Shown here in pieces: positions 25,052 to 36,650 of a stretch of 64,000 bases of DNA. The stretch's first letter is position 1; every line of letters starts with the position of its first letter. The stretch spans positions 271,932,001 through 271,996,000 of the forward strand of contig OZ024742.1 in NCBI GenBank assembly GCA_964016885.1. The letters are read 5' to 3'. A model generated the notes under the pieces. That model was not told where the DNA came from. It did not search any database and was given only the letters and a program-made list of their open reading frames with translations. Made by a program: the position numbers and the translations under genes. This DNA is from Eledone cirrhosa. Taxonomy: Eukaryota.

Positions 25052-25887
25052 TATATATATATATGTAAAAGGTAAACAGGAAATACAACGTAATCAGTAC
25101 AGTACATGGAAGGGAAATATTAGTTTAACGCTTGATATAGCAGGAAGAGGGTCTTAACATTTCGGTCGCTAGTCCTTCATACGAAGAAATGATGAGAAAT
25201 AAGATAGATTGAGGTGACGGGCGGGTTGGAATTGGAAAAGTGTCTTTAGATATAAATAACAGTTCCATTCATGTTAACATCTCTTGTACACACATACACA
25301 TACAGACACACACTGCCACCGAGATGCATATTTATCCTCTTACACCTACATCATTACACATGGTATACACAAACAATGACATACATATTCCCATATATAT
25401 ATATATAAGGGACAGAAAAGATTTCATAAAAATAGGTTCATCTGCCTATTGTTTATGCGGTGTAGTACAGAAAAAGTCATATAGATGGCTTCACTTATTT
25501 TTATATATATTCACACACGTTAACAAACGTTTGTCTAGTTATGCATGCGAGTGGATGCACGTGAGTATATATTGGATCTGGTGCATGTCTGTCTGTATAT
25601 ATATGCATATGCCTGTTTTGTGGGTTCACAGGGACTCACACATCTATGTCTTCCGTGTAAAGACAGGAAATTCTTCACAGAAATAAGTCTATAGCTTTTG
25701 TATTTTCGGATATGTCATGCAATATTATTTCTTGAAGCTTAACACTAATTTCAAGACGTTCAGATATTTGAATTTTCTATATATTCTCAGATAAAATTAA
25801 ATACTAAAGAGGATATTACACTTATAACCAGTTAATAATGCATATGTTCTGAAATTACTAACACACTATTTTGAAAAAATAATAAAA

Positions 25888-26160
25888 CTCTTCTTCTTCT
25901 TCTTCTTCTTCTTCTTCTTCTTCTTCGCCCAATTATTCCTGAGAGGGTTATGGGAACAGAATCCTAAGGAACTCATTCTATCAGATCCTATCAGAATCAA
26001 CCGTCTCCAACTAATCTGGCGGATCCCCACGTGAGACTAGACCATCTCATGGATGTTATTCAACCATCAGGCTCGAGGTCTACCCCTGCGTCACTTGACA
26101 TTTAGTTTTTACCGTAAAATCTGTGCAGCGATTATTTATGTCCTGGGACATTCAAACCAC
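25888..26160 (-). mobile_element. RTE-like LINE 3' end with (AAG)n tail
   Basis: Minus strand reads RRGRPRA*WLNNI, followed by a short UTR and (AAG)n. Confidence 0.6.
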
Positions 26161-27201
26161 TTGCCCACAAAATATTTTATTCAGACATAATTTTAATCAT
26201 AGCGATATATTACATTGTTATCTAACCAACAATCGTATAATCACTACTAAATTTGACAATAACAACCTTACCACTAATCTTTGAAGCGAATTATATAGAT
26301 TTGATTATTTTCAAAATTATGATATGATTGTAAACAAAGGCTCCGAATAGAATATGTGTTCTAGATTCTAATGACAGTTAATAATATTAACCAGAAAATA
26401 ACTATCCTATTCGATATTGTTCAATGCTATTCGTATATTTCAACATCTGCAATACATAACATAAATTGAAAATATATAAACATTTTGACTGTGATTTGAG
26501 ATGTGCGCGAGGCGATTCATTCGACGTCGACACACGATATATGTATTACTTTCCCTGCAGAACATACATGAACATTAAATAATATCCAAATAATTACTAT
26601 CGACTGATACGGAACACTTCATTGGCTATTTTTAACAGGCGAACTGACATACTACATATGAAGTAATCAAAATTCTAATTTCTATCTTGAAAACAATTGG
26701 TGCGATATCTCCTCACCACTAAATTAAAGATTGTAAATTACATCCATATGAACCTAACAACCACAATCGCACAGAAGGCAAATAAACGAAATGAAAAACA
26801 TATAGTTAACAAAATCCTACTGCTCATATATCAATTAGGAAAACCACGTCAATAATATAATGAGAATATCTTATGAAGAAATATTAGCTATCACCGTACT
26901 TAACAGTATATACACCTTGCAGAAGTCAGAAATGAAGATCTACTGTTAATCATTTCAAAAGACACATCTCGTTGAAAGCTTTCTAAATTTATTTCAGGTT
27001 TTCATATTAATCTCCGATATAGCAAATAATTTACCAGAGATAATTGAAATTTGAATTACAGCTGCAACATAAATGTAACAACTGATCTACCAACTTACTA
27101 GAGGCTATATTCACATGCAGAATCGAAATTGCATGTAACTTAATCAGTTTTGAAACTGTTGTTATATAATTCCCTCTAATGATCTTAGGTTTAAACTTCT
27201 G

Positions 27202-27480
<279 letters not shown>

Positions 27481-27736
27481 GATAAAGGGCGTAATTTTAC
27501 ATACAATGGAAAAGGACTTGAACATGCACATTACATTTTTCTTTAATCTCACAGAATGAATAATGTTCTAATGCTTGCATTGAATAACCGGTTTCGTTTG
27601 TTTTAAAAATCTTTGAAATTATAGACATAAAATAATGAATTAAAAAAAACAACATATTCCTTCATATTCTGTATGCAGTTCGAATGTGAGTATTTAGTCA
27701 AAATATCTAATCAAAATATCTTATATATATATATAT

Positions 27737-28571
27737 ATATTTAATACATTAACAGAGAAAGCTTTAAGCAATACTCCGACCGGCTTCCATCTCACTCAAC
27801 AAACATTAGGATATACCTTAGTATAATCCCAATTATGCGTTTGGGGTGCTAACTATACGTATTTTGCGGATAGCCAGTTATATTATTTTATGAGACATAA
27901 TTAAAATACATCTCTCTTTCCAAAAGATCGTTTCATTTTAAGTTTTCTACAAACTGGGAAAATAATGTCCAGGTTATGTAGAAGCCTACACATAGTCCGT
28001 AGGAATATATGTAGGTGGGCACTTATAAATCATCAGTGGATGTCCGACAAATATCGATATAAAAAAAAACCTTACCGATATTAATGTTCAGCGATGGTAC
28101 CCCTCCGTGCTAGAATGACCGCCAAATTTGAAATTTCAGCAGTCTCACAATGAGAAATCTCACACTGCCATCAAGCGGAAAGGGGAGGTCATCGCAAAAC
28201 ATAAAAGAATAAAATAATATGCACGCGGGTCAATTAATTCTTTCAATAATTTTAACCATGCGTGAAGAACTCAATTGGATATGAAAAAAAATATATATGC
28301 ATGTATTATTTATACACGCATATAGGTATTTTCTTAGGCTAAAAACAGAGATAAGATACCGGAAGAACAATCAATATTTCATGCACAGAATAAATACGGA
28401 AAGTCATACCTAAAAAGTATCTGCAAATATTCATCCCTGGCCAAATCAAGAGTACAATATTTAATACATTAACAGAGAAAGCTTTAAGCATTACTCCGAC
28501 CGGCTTCCGTCTCACTCAACAAACATTAGGATATACCTTAGTATAATCCCAATTATGCGTTTGGGGTGCTA

Positions 28572-28574
<3 letters not shown>
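27737..28574 (-). mobile_element. 838-bp element with 118-bp terminal direct repeats, embedded in (TA)n, containing a hammerhead-like core
   Basis: 27737-27854 equals 28457-28574 with 2 mismatches (period 720); minus-strand CTGATGA...GAAAC at ~28036-27930. Confidence 0.6.
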
Positions 28575-28632
<58 letters not shown>

Positions 28633-28717
28633 ATAATAATAATATTGAAGACTAAAATCCAAAGAGGGCTCGATAAGGATAAATATATATCAAATATATA
28701 AGAACCGTAGAGCAAAT

Positions 28718-29137
28718 ATTTATTAAAATAACAGATTAAAGTTTAAGCAAAGAATCGCTACTTTCACCCTTAACGGGATCTTCTGAAACTAACAAAGTCA
28801 ATCTGTAAACGCAGAACTGGATATTTCAAAAAACGTTGCAACCGGAGGAAGACAGGAAGACGATACTTTGGTTCGTGGAAACGTTCGCTGGCAAAGAACG
28901 GGAAAAATCGAATAATACGTCATTAAAAGGAGCGGTGAAAAACAATTACGCGCAAAGACAGAACCACGTTTAGGTATAAAAGAGGTCGTAGACTAATGTT
29001 CTCTTGGGTGGTGCATAGAGACGTTCTCTGCTAATGAACGAAAAAACGAAGATAATAAGTCATATGTGGAGCGTGGAGAACAATAGCACGCAAAGACAAA
29101 ACCACGTAAATGGTATGGCAGAATTCGTAGACTAAAA
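28718..29137 (+). repeat. Interspersed non-coding repeat (possibly a non-autonomous Helitron) with duplicated 3' part
   Basis: TATTAAAATAACAGATTAAAGTTTAAGCAAAGAATCG...TCGTAGACTAA; other copies at ~22975-23085 (-), 23277, 23445 and 55676. Confidence 0.75.
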
Positions 29138-29138
29138 T

Positions 29139-29810
29139 ATGTTTAACCCACCATATAATATGGAGGTGGCCACACCATTAGCTAAGATCTTTCTTTCCCT
29201 GATTACGAAGCATTTTCCCGCTACACATAAATATAGTAAAGTTTTTAATAGAAATACTATTAAAATTTCTTACTCTACGACTCCTAACCTTGCACATAAC
29301 ATCACAGCTTCAAATTTAGCTAAACTACCTAGCCGTAGGAACACGTGCAACCCTGTAGTTAGTACTAACTGTAATTGTAGGAATCGGGCTGATTGCCCCC
29401 TATCCGGGAAATGCATCTCTAGTAACATTGTCTACAAATGTAAGGTTGTAACACCCACGTCCCGTAGGGCCTACATAGGGTTAACCGCCAATAGTTTCAA
29501 GCAGCGTCTTTACATGGATACCCATTCTTTTCGTTACCCTCTAAGAAGGAATATGACGTCACTTTCAGCTTATATCTGGAGTCTAAAAGACAACCACACC
29601 CAATATAAGTTACACTGCGAGATCCTAGCTAGCGCTAGACCGTATAACGGAAATAAAAGACCATGTGACCTCTGCGCCGCTGAGGCCCTGGAAATACTCT
29701 ACGCCACAGACCACATCTTAAACAAAAAATCTGAGGCAATTTCGGCTTGGAAACATAAATTGCACAAAACTTTCCTGTATTACAGCCCCACGTTATACCC
29801 TAACGGATAG
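29139..29810 (+). CDS. Penelope-like (Naiad-type) C-terminal GIY-YIG endonuclease region, 5'-truncated
   Basis: FNPPY..FLSLITKHFP..FNRNTIKISYS; CNCR..CPLSGKC; IVYKC..YIGLT..FKQR; CDLC; LNKKSE. Confidence 0.88.
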   Translation: MFNPPYNMEVATPLAKIFLSLITKHFPATHKYSKVFNRNTIKISYSTTPNLAHNITASNLAKLPSRRNTCNPVVSTNCNCRNRADCPLSGKCISSNIVYKCKVVTPTSRRAYIGLTANSFKQRLYMDTHSFRYPLRRNMTSLSAYIWSLKDNHTQYKLHCEILASARPYNGNKRPCDLCAAEALEILYATDHILNKKSEAISAWKHKLHKTFLYYSPTLYPNG

Positions 29811-30222
29811 TACGATCTATACGTGGATATTTTACGTCCTGATGTGGGAGCTAAGTATATGTTTTGTTTATTCCTTTACTTATTTGCATAGGTAAGTATA
29901 TAATACCTGTATGTTTCGTGAAGATTGTATACCTTCTCGTATTCTCGTACGTATGTTTGATTGTTATGGCGTATAATTTTTATATATTCTGGTATCTAGG
30001 GCTTGGCTATGTGTATACGGGAGTTTTGCGTCTGCGTGTGTATGCAGGTTCGTACGTATGGTATGTGTGTGTATATGTGTACTTCTTGTTTTAGTTGACT
30101 TACGTCTCCGAACATTCGTGTATTTATATGTAGGTATGTGTGTGCGCTTGTTATATACGTATTTATATACCTATGGTAAGGTTTTGCGTATGGATTTTAG
30201 TCTTCAATTTTATTATTATTAC

Positions 30223-30348
<126 letters not shown>

Positions 30349-30775
30349 CATTACGAATGTAAGATGGTAAATGTGGGTGAGGGGTTCAACATGTTGACAT
30401 TCAATTGAATTCACTTGGTTAAAATTAGAAACAGAAAATGTTCTTACAATACAAAACAGTGATTACCTGGAATAGTTTATATGTGTGTCGGTGGGTGTTA
30501 AAGTGAGATTAATTTAAGCTGAAATGTGAATTTATGTGTGGGTATAGAATTAATGTTTTATATTCTGGTATGTATGTCTGTGTTTTTACCCCTGGGATCA
30601 AGAAAACACAACTGATTTTTAGCGGTTTTAGAAAAAAACAAGGATAAATATATTTAGAAAAAAAAAAATGAAAATATAGATATAACATTGATTGAAAGAG
30701 GTTCTGGAAGGTGATGCAGAGATTGGGATCTTGGAGTATTTGCAAGAGAAAATAAATAATAATAATAATAATAAT

Positions 30776-33700
30776 GCTTTCTTTATTAACCACAAGGGTT
30801 TACATAAAGTAGACCTTAAGGACAGTACAGGACAATACAGAACGTACAAATGGGCATTTCTGGTGTAAAAAAACAAAAACAGAGGATGTAACAAAAGAAT
30901 AACAATGAAAAATTCCCCATACGGGGGAGACTTCGGAGGGACATTCGTGGAGAAAGCCCATTAAATAGCCACAGTGACCCTGACAACCAGGGCAAGTGCC
31001 CTCTCCCAGTTTTCCACCTTTAATTTACAGACACATACTCAGAGTAGGCCATTCTTGCCTCTCTCACCCATCTTTCAACAAAATGCTGGGAAGAGAGCAC
31101 TTCCGTCTCTACCCTGATTTTCCTTTTCAAATGAAATTTGAAAAGGTTAATCAGAGCAACATCGAAGAGGTAAGTGCTCGTCTTCAGCCCTTTCAAACGT
31201 GTCCACCATAATATCTATTTCGCCATGGCCACCAGACAGATGAAAAATTGCCTGCCCTGCCCGGCTAAAGGAAGGGGGCGGGGCAATCCTCACGATGGAC
31301 TCAGCTGATAGCTGGATCCGTCCTAAACGCGACAGCAGGTGTTCGACATAAACCCACAAGTCAGCAATGCTCGGACACTGGACGAGTACGTGCAGGACGG
31401 TTTCGTCGCCCTGCTCGCATCTCAGACATGCCCGGCTGACGGCACCTCCATGCCTGTAGTGTTTATCCTGAACTGGCAAACCTGCTCGGTAGCACTGCCA
31501 GGCCAGAGATTTCTGAAAGTTGTCCATAGGGCCCGGCCCTAAAGTTCTTCCGAAGAGTTGGCTAGTTGATTTTCGTCGACACCTAGAGTTTCACCAAGTA
31601 GGTCGTCGCTCTTCCCCTCCACTAATCCTCTACAGAAAGCCAAGGTGGAGTTTCCACCGATCACATTGCCCGATTGGTCGAGGGCTGTGAGCGCCTGAAG
31701 ACATTCCAGTCTCCAAGCGCTCCCTCTCGGGCTTCGCTTCACCCAGGACAGCAGCTCCGTCAAGGAGACGAGCTGGGGAAAGACGCGTCTAGCAAACGGC
31801 GACCACACCTGAGCACCGTCGAGGAAGAGGTCGTAGCCTGAGCGCGTGTCTGGGCATCATCAGCAACGGCTTGCCCAGCCGTCGACGTAGCGTGTAATGA
31901 CAGCAGATGGACTGCCTGACCATCGGAGCGCGTCCCTTCCACAAAAAGCGAAAGAGCAAACGCTCCAGCGCAATCAGGGGGGGCTTAGGACAAGTTACGA
32001 TGGTCAGGCGGTAGTAGATCACGGACGCGATGTACGCGTTAGCCACCTCCGTTCGACCTTTCAGGGATAGCTTCCTCTCCGCCCATTTCTGGGTGAGAGA
32101 AGCCACCCTGCTCGTCACTTCGTCCCAGTTTTTTTCCGTTTGGAGGTCCGGACCGAAACAGACCCCTAGCAATTTAACCGGTCCGTCCGTCCGGCGCCCG
32201 ACGAAGCTGTTGGACGGCATGGACCTGTCTCTCCAGGTACCTAGCTGCAGGCCCACTGACTTTTCCTGGTTGATCATTGCTCTTGAAACCGCTCCGTATT
32301 CTCTCAATATAGTGCCGATCCCCTCGATGTATTTGGCGTTCGACACCTCTACGGTGACATCGTCCGCATATGCTGAAACGGATCTTCCGCATCCTAGTTC
32401 GCGCGGTATCCCCCTCAACGTCTCCATGTTGTGCAGTAATGGCTCGATAGTCTATACGTACAAGAGGGACGAGAGGGGACATCCCTGGCGGATCGAGCGG
32501 ACTTAAAGGTGACCGTTCACTCTCAACACAGAGCACATGTCGCTGTGCATGGCAGCGATCCAGCCTCTGAAGACGGGCCCAAAGCCAGCCACCCTCAGGA
32601 AGCCACTAGGTAAACATGGTCGACCCTATCGAAAGCTTTCGACTGATCTAAATTGATAAAAGACCCACCGGTGCCAGGTTCCCTAGCTAGCCTCCCTACG
32701 ATGTATCGCATGAGGTGGAGGTTGGCGTGCATTTATCTGTCGGGAATGGCGCATGTCTGCGCCTCTCCCACCAGACAACCAACAAGCGCCAACCTCTTTG
32801 CTAGCATCTTGGCCAAAATCTTGAACTCTGTGTTTAGCAGTGTTATGGGCCTAAAATTATCTATGTTATCCCCCTTGTTCGGATCCTTTCTCAGCAGCGC
32901 CACAGCTCCTCGGCTCACAGAGCTGGGAATTCTCCTTTTCTGTTGCCAGTTGCAGTAGACGTCCGCCAAGAGGCCCCCTAACAAGTATGGCATATGTACG
33001 TAAAGTTCATAAGTCAGACCATCCAAACCTGGCGATTTAAGGCTTGTGCAGCCAGTCATTGCCTCCCGTACTTCAGCGGCTGTTATCGGCTTTTAGCAAC
33101 ACTCCGCGTCAGTGGGCGAGAGCCTCGGCAGTCTTATCGGTGTAGACACTAACGTCCACCCCTCGATCCGGCCCGCCGATGCCCCCGAACAGTTGAGCGA
33201 AGTGTCGCTGAAAAGCTTCACACATTTGCCCGGGATTGAGTAGCATGCGCCCGTCGTGGTCCAGCAAAGACAGGATCGGGGCTTTGTTGCCACGACGCAC
33301 CTCCGCCACTCGGGACCATTGAACGGCTTTCGTCCGCTCGTGTCTGAGAGCACCCAACCTAGCTCTGACAATGAAGCCTTCGTCCTTTGCATTGAAGAAT
33401 TGGTCATGGGCGAATTTCTCGGCAAGTACGTCGTTCGCGCTGCCTTTGCTAAGCGCCTCGTCTAATGTTCTAACTAGATCTCCATCTGCTCTATTTTCCT
33501 CTATTGCTAAAGCCTTACTAAACCCAATGGACTCTATTCTAATCGCTCTTTTCAGAGCAAACCACCACTTGTTGTTGACGAGGACCCGTCAACGGCCGCT
33601 TTACTAATTTGCTAATCCTGTCTCTGTAGACCTTACGCCCTGGTAAGGACGCGTTTGGCTTCCAGTAGCCGGGTCTTCGTCTATGAAGCCTATCTAAGTC

Positions 33701-36575
33701 AAGCACACAGATCACGAATTTGTGATCCGTGTAGCTGATTATCTTGAATTGTGGACAGCCTATGCTAGACCTATCTATTTCCCTACAAAATACTCTATCT
33801 AGATATGATCTGGATGACCCTATGCGATTTGTACAAGTCCAGATTGGCACATTCGGGAAATCTAATCGGTACCTATCAGACAATTCAAAACGCTTGAGCA
33901 GTTTGGTGAGGCTCATGCACACTCCTCCCCTATCCGCTAATCCCACACAGTCCTAGTATGCATCTAAGATCCCCTTCCAGTCGCCCACTAACACTAAAGG
34001 TCTCCAGACGCCAGAAGAAATCACGCCGCCCTGCTCCTGTTGGAGCATAGACGGCCAGTAGCCTGAAAGTTTGCACGTCTCCGCTGGTCACGTCTAGCGC
34101 CACCAACTTACCTTCTGGGTCCAGGAAGATGCCCCGTATGGCGAGATCCAAACCTATCCGAAAAACCACAGCAACTCCGCCCCCCGATCCAGGACGTACA
34201 CATGATGCGTACACTTCATAGCCGCCGAAGATCGGTGCGAAGGCCCGTGCTTCGGAGATTCTGGTCTCGTTGATGGCCACTATATCTATGTTTAGTGAGC
34301 TAAGGTCGTTGAGCAGGTGGCCCTGCTTCCATGACGACCCCAAGCCACGCGCATTTATGCTGCCTATTTTGAGTGAGGTCCTGTTGAAATGGAGTGGAAA
34401 ATATGGGAAAGACCACTTACCTTACTTCTCTTAGAGGATGGATGGTTTCTCCATACTTTTGACTGCTTGTGGCCTCCTCCGGAAGGATGTCCTTATAAAT
34501 CCTCCTGGAGAGTGCTTGTCGGAAGTCTCCGATGTCTTTGGGGAATTTTTGTTTTAGTGTCATGTACGTTTTCTGTGTGATGCGAGTGATTTGTATGTGT
34601 GGAGGTGGTGTGAACTTTTGGCGTGTTGTGTAGTCTTCTTCTGTGATGCTGGTGTTGTGTTGGATGTAGTGTAATAGTTGGTTGTTGTTCAAATTTAATC
34701 CTGTGTAGTGTGTATCGTTTTGGTTGTTTTGTTTTGTTTGCGTTTGTTGTGGGTTTGTTTGTTTCGCTTTTTGGAGACTTTTGTGGTTATTGTGATGGTG
34801 GTGTTGGGGTTTAATGATGGTGATAGTATTGGTGTTTGTGGTGCTGGGGTTGGTGATGCTAGGTGTGGATGGTGGCATAACTTTTTAGTTTGATAGTTTA
34901 ATTTTTTCCCTCTGTATTTTGTTTTTGGAGGGTGAAGGAAGGGGATTTTTACTTTTTTGGCATCTTTATTTATTTTTTTCTGATACAGTTTCCCACTCCT
35001 CGTTGTCACAATATATCTCCAGTTGCGATAGGTCGGGTAGTGGCAAATACTCCTCAGGCGTTCGTTTTGTTTGTGGCGTGCTGTATGGTGGGGCGCTGGT
35101 GCTAGTTCTGGCGCGTTGGGTGGTGGTTGTGTTGGTTTTGCTACTGTTGCTGGGTTTGTTACTGCTACAGTTGCTTCTGTTGATTCTGCTACAGTTGCTG
35201 CTGCCATTTCTGCTGCTGGTGTTGTTAATGGTTGAGTCACTGTGTTGGGTAAGAGAGGTGGCCTCAACTGTTTAGCCTGAGGGCAGAAAGATTTTAGGTG
35301 GGTTCATTCACCACAAACGACACACCTAGGCCTTCTACCCTCGACGATTACGGTGAAGTGGCTGTCGTCAGTGAGGTCTATTACCTCCGGGATTACCTCA
35401 ATGCTTTTTTGTTTAGCTTGCATCAGGAACTCCATCCCAGGTCCGGACCAGTTCTCCTGCTTTTCTTTTCATATTTCAATTATTTTGGTGTTGGGCTCCA
35501 TGCCGGCGAGGACGGCATCCATTAGCTAGGAAATTTCGATGGCCAGTGGAACGTGGGTCAACCTGATCTTCACGAGTCTCTGGTCACAATAACTTGGGAC
35601 GAGTGTGAAGTCGTCGCTTCTTAATGGGGCCATGTAGTTCTTTCTGGCCTCCTGTGGTGTTCCAAAGAACACGTCCACGATTCCATATTTCTGGCCACAT
35701 CTGATATGGGGTTTTTTCGACCACACATGTGCCAAAGATTTTTGGATTTGGGACTCGGATGACCGATCCACTCGGCGCGATTTTGTATTAATCGTCCGAC
35801 AAGACACGGTGCATAGGCGCCGATGCTCCATTTTATTAGGTGTGTGTGTGTTGGAGGGGGGCTGACCCTGTCCCAATCTTTCTTTACCATTCTCTTGGCT
35901 TCATTTAATTCCTCCTGATTTACCTCGATTGTTTCGCATTTCTTGGCTTCTTTGAACGACACATTTGCGGTGGTGTTGATTGTGTTGCTGTTGTTGCTGT
36001 TGTTGTTATTGTTATTTTTGTTATTGTTATTTTTAGTTTCAGTTGTGGTGGTGGTGGAGTCAGTGGTGTTCGGTGTGGAGGAGTCGATTATGAGTGAATC
36101 CATTTCGATGTCACGAGATAATCATTTATTTTTTTCTTTTGTTTCTGTTGTCGCTGTGGTGGTGGTGGGGGTGTCGGCTTTAACACCTGAAGTTATTGGT
36201 AATGGCGGGAAATGAATGTCTGCAAGAGACAAATTTAAATTATTGCTACTGCTTATATTTTTAGTGTTAGCAAACCTAGTAATATTTACAATGTTGGTGT
36301 TGGTGTGAGGTGTTAGTTTGTGAGGAAGGGGGTCAGCTTGGTGTGGCTGTGAGTCGTCCATGATTTTTTCAAAGAAATGTTTTGTTTGATAATTATAAAA
36401 GTTTTAATTTTGGGCTCAAGGCCCCAATTTTTTTGAGTGTCCTTTTCAGAAAGTAATATAAGTGAACTTATAAACACTTAACAACAAACATTTTCCGTAA
36501 ATGGCAATTTGAACCAACAGAAAACAACAACATTTTACGGAGCTCACGATAATACGATTTCATACGTATGTCGCC
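30776..36575 (-). mobile_element. Full-length Tx1-clade LINE, subfamily A copy 2, flanked by (TAA)n; frameshifted
   Basis: Collinear with 7780-13496; same GGCGAC 5' end; YADDV RT motif; knuckle CVVC..THLKSFC; 79-aa uORF at 36122-36361. Confidence 0.93.

Positions 36576-36650
<75 letters not shown>

Noticed and set aside
34381-34420. 40-nt GTAAGT...CAG 'intron' between Tx1 ORF1 and ORF2
   Set aside because: Very short, and copy 1 has ATG at the apparent acceptor, so the AG is more simply a mutated start codon.
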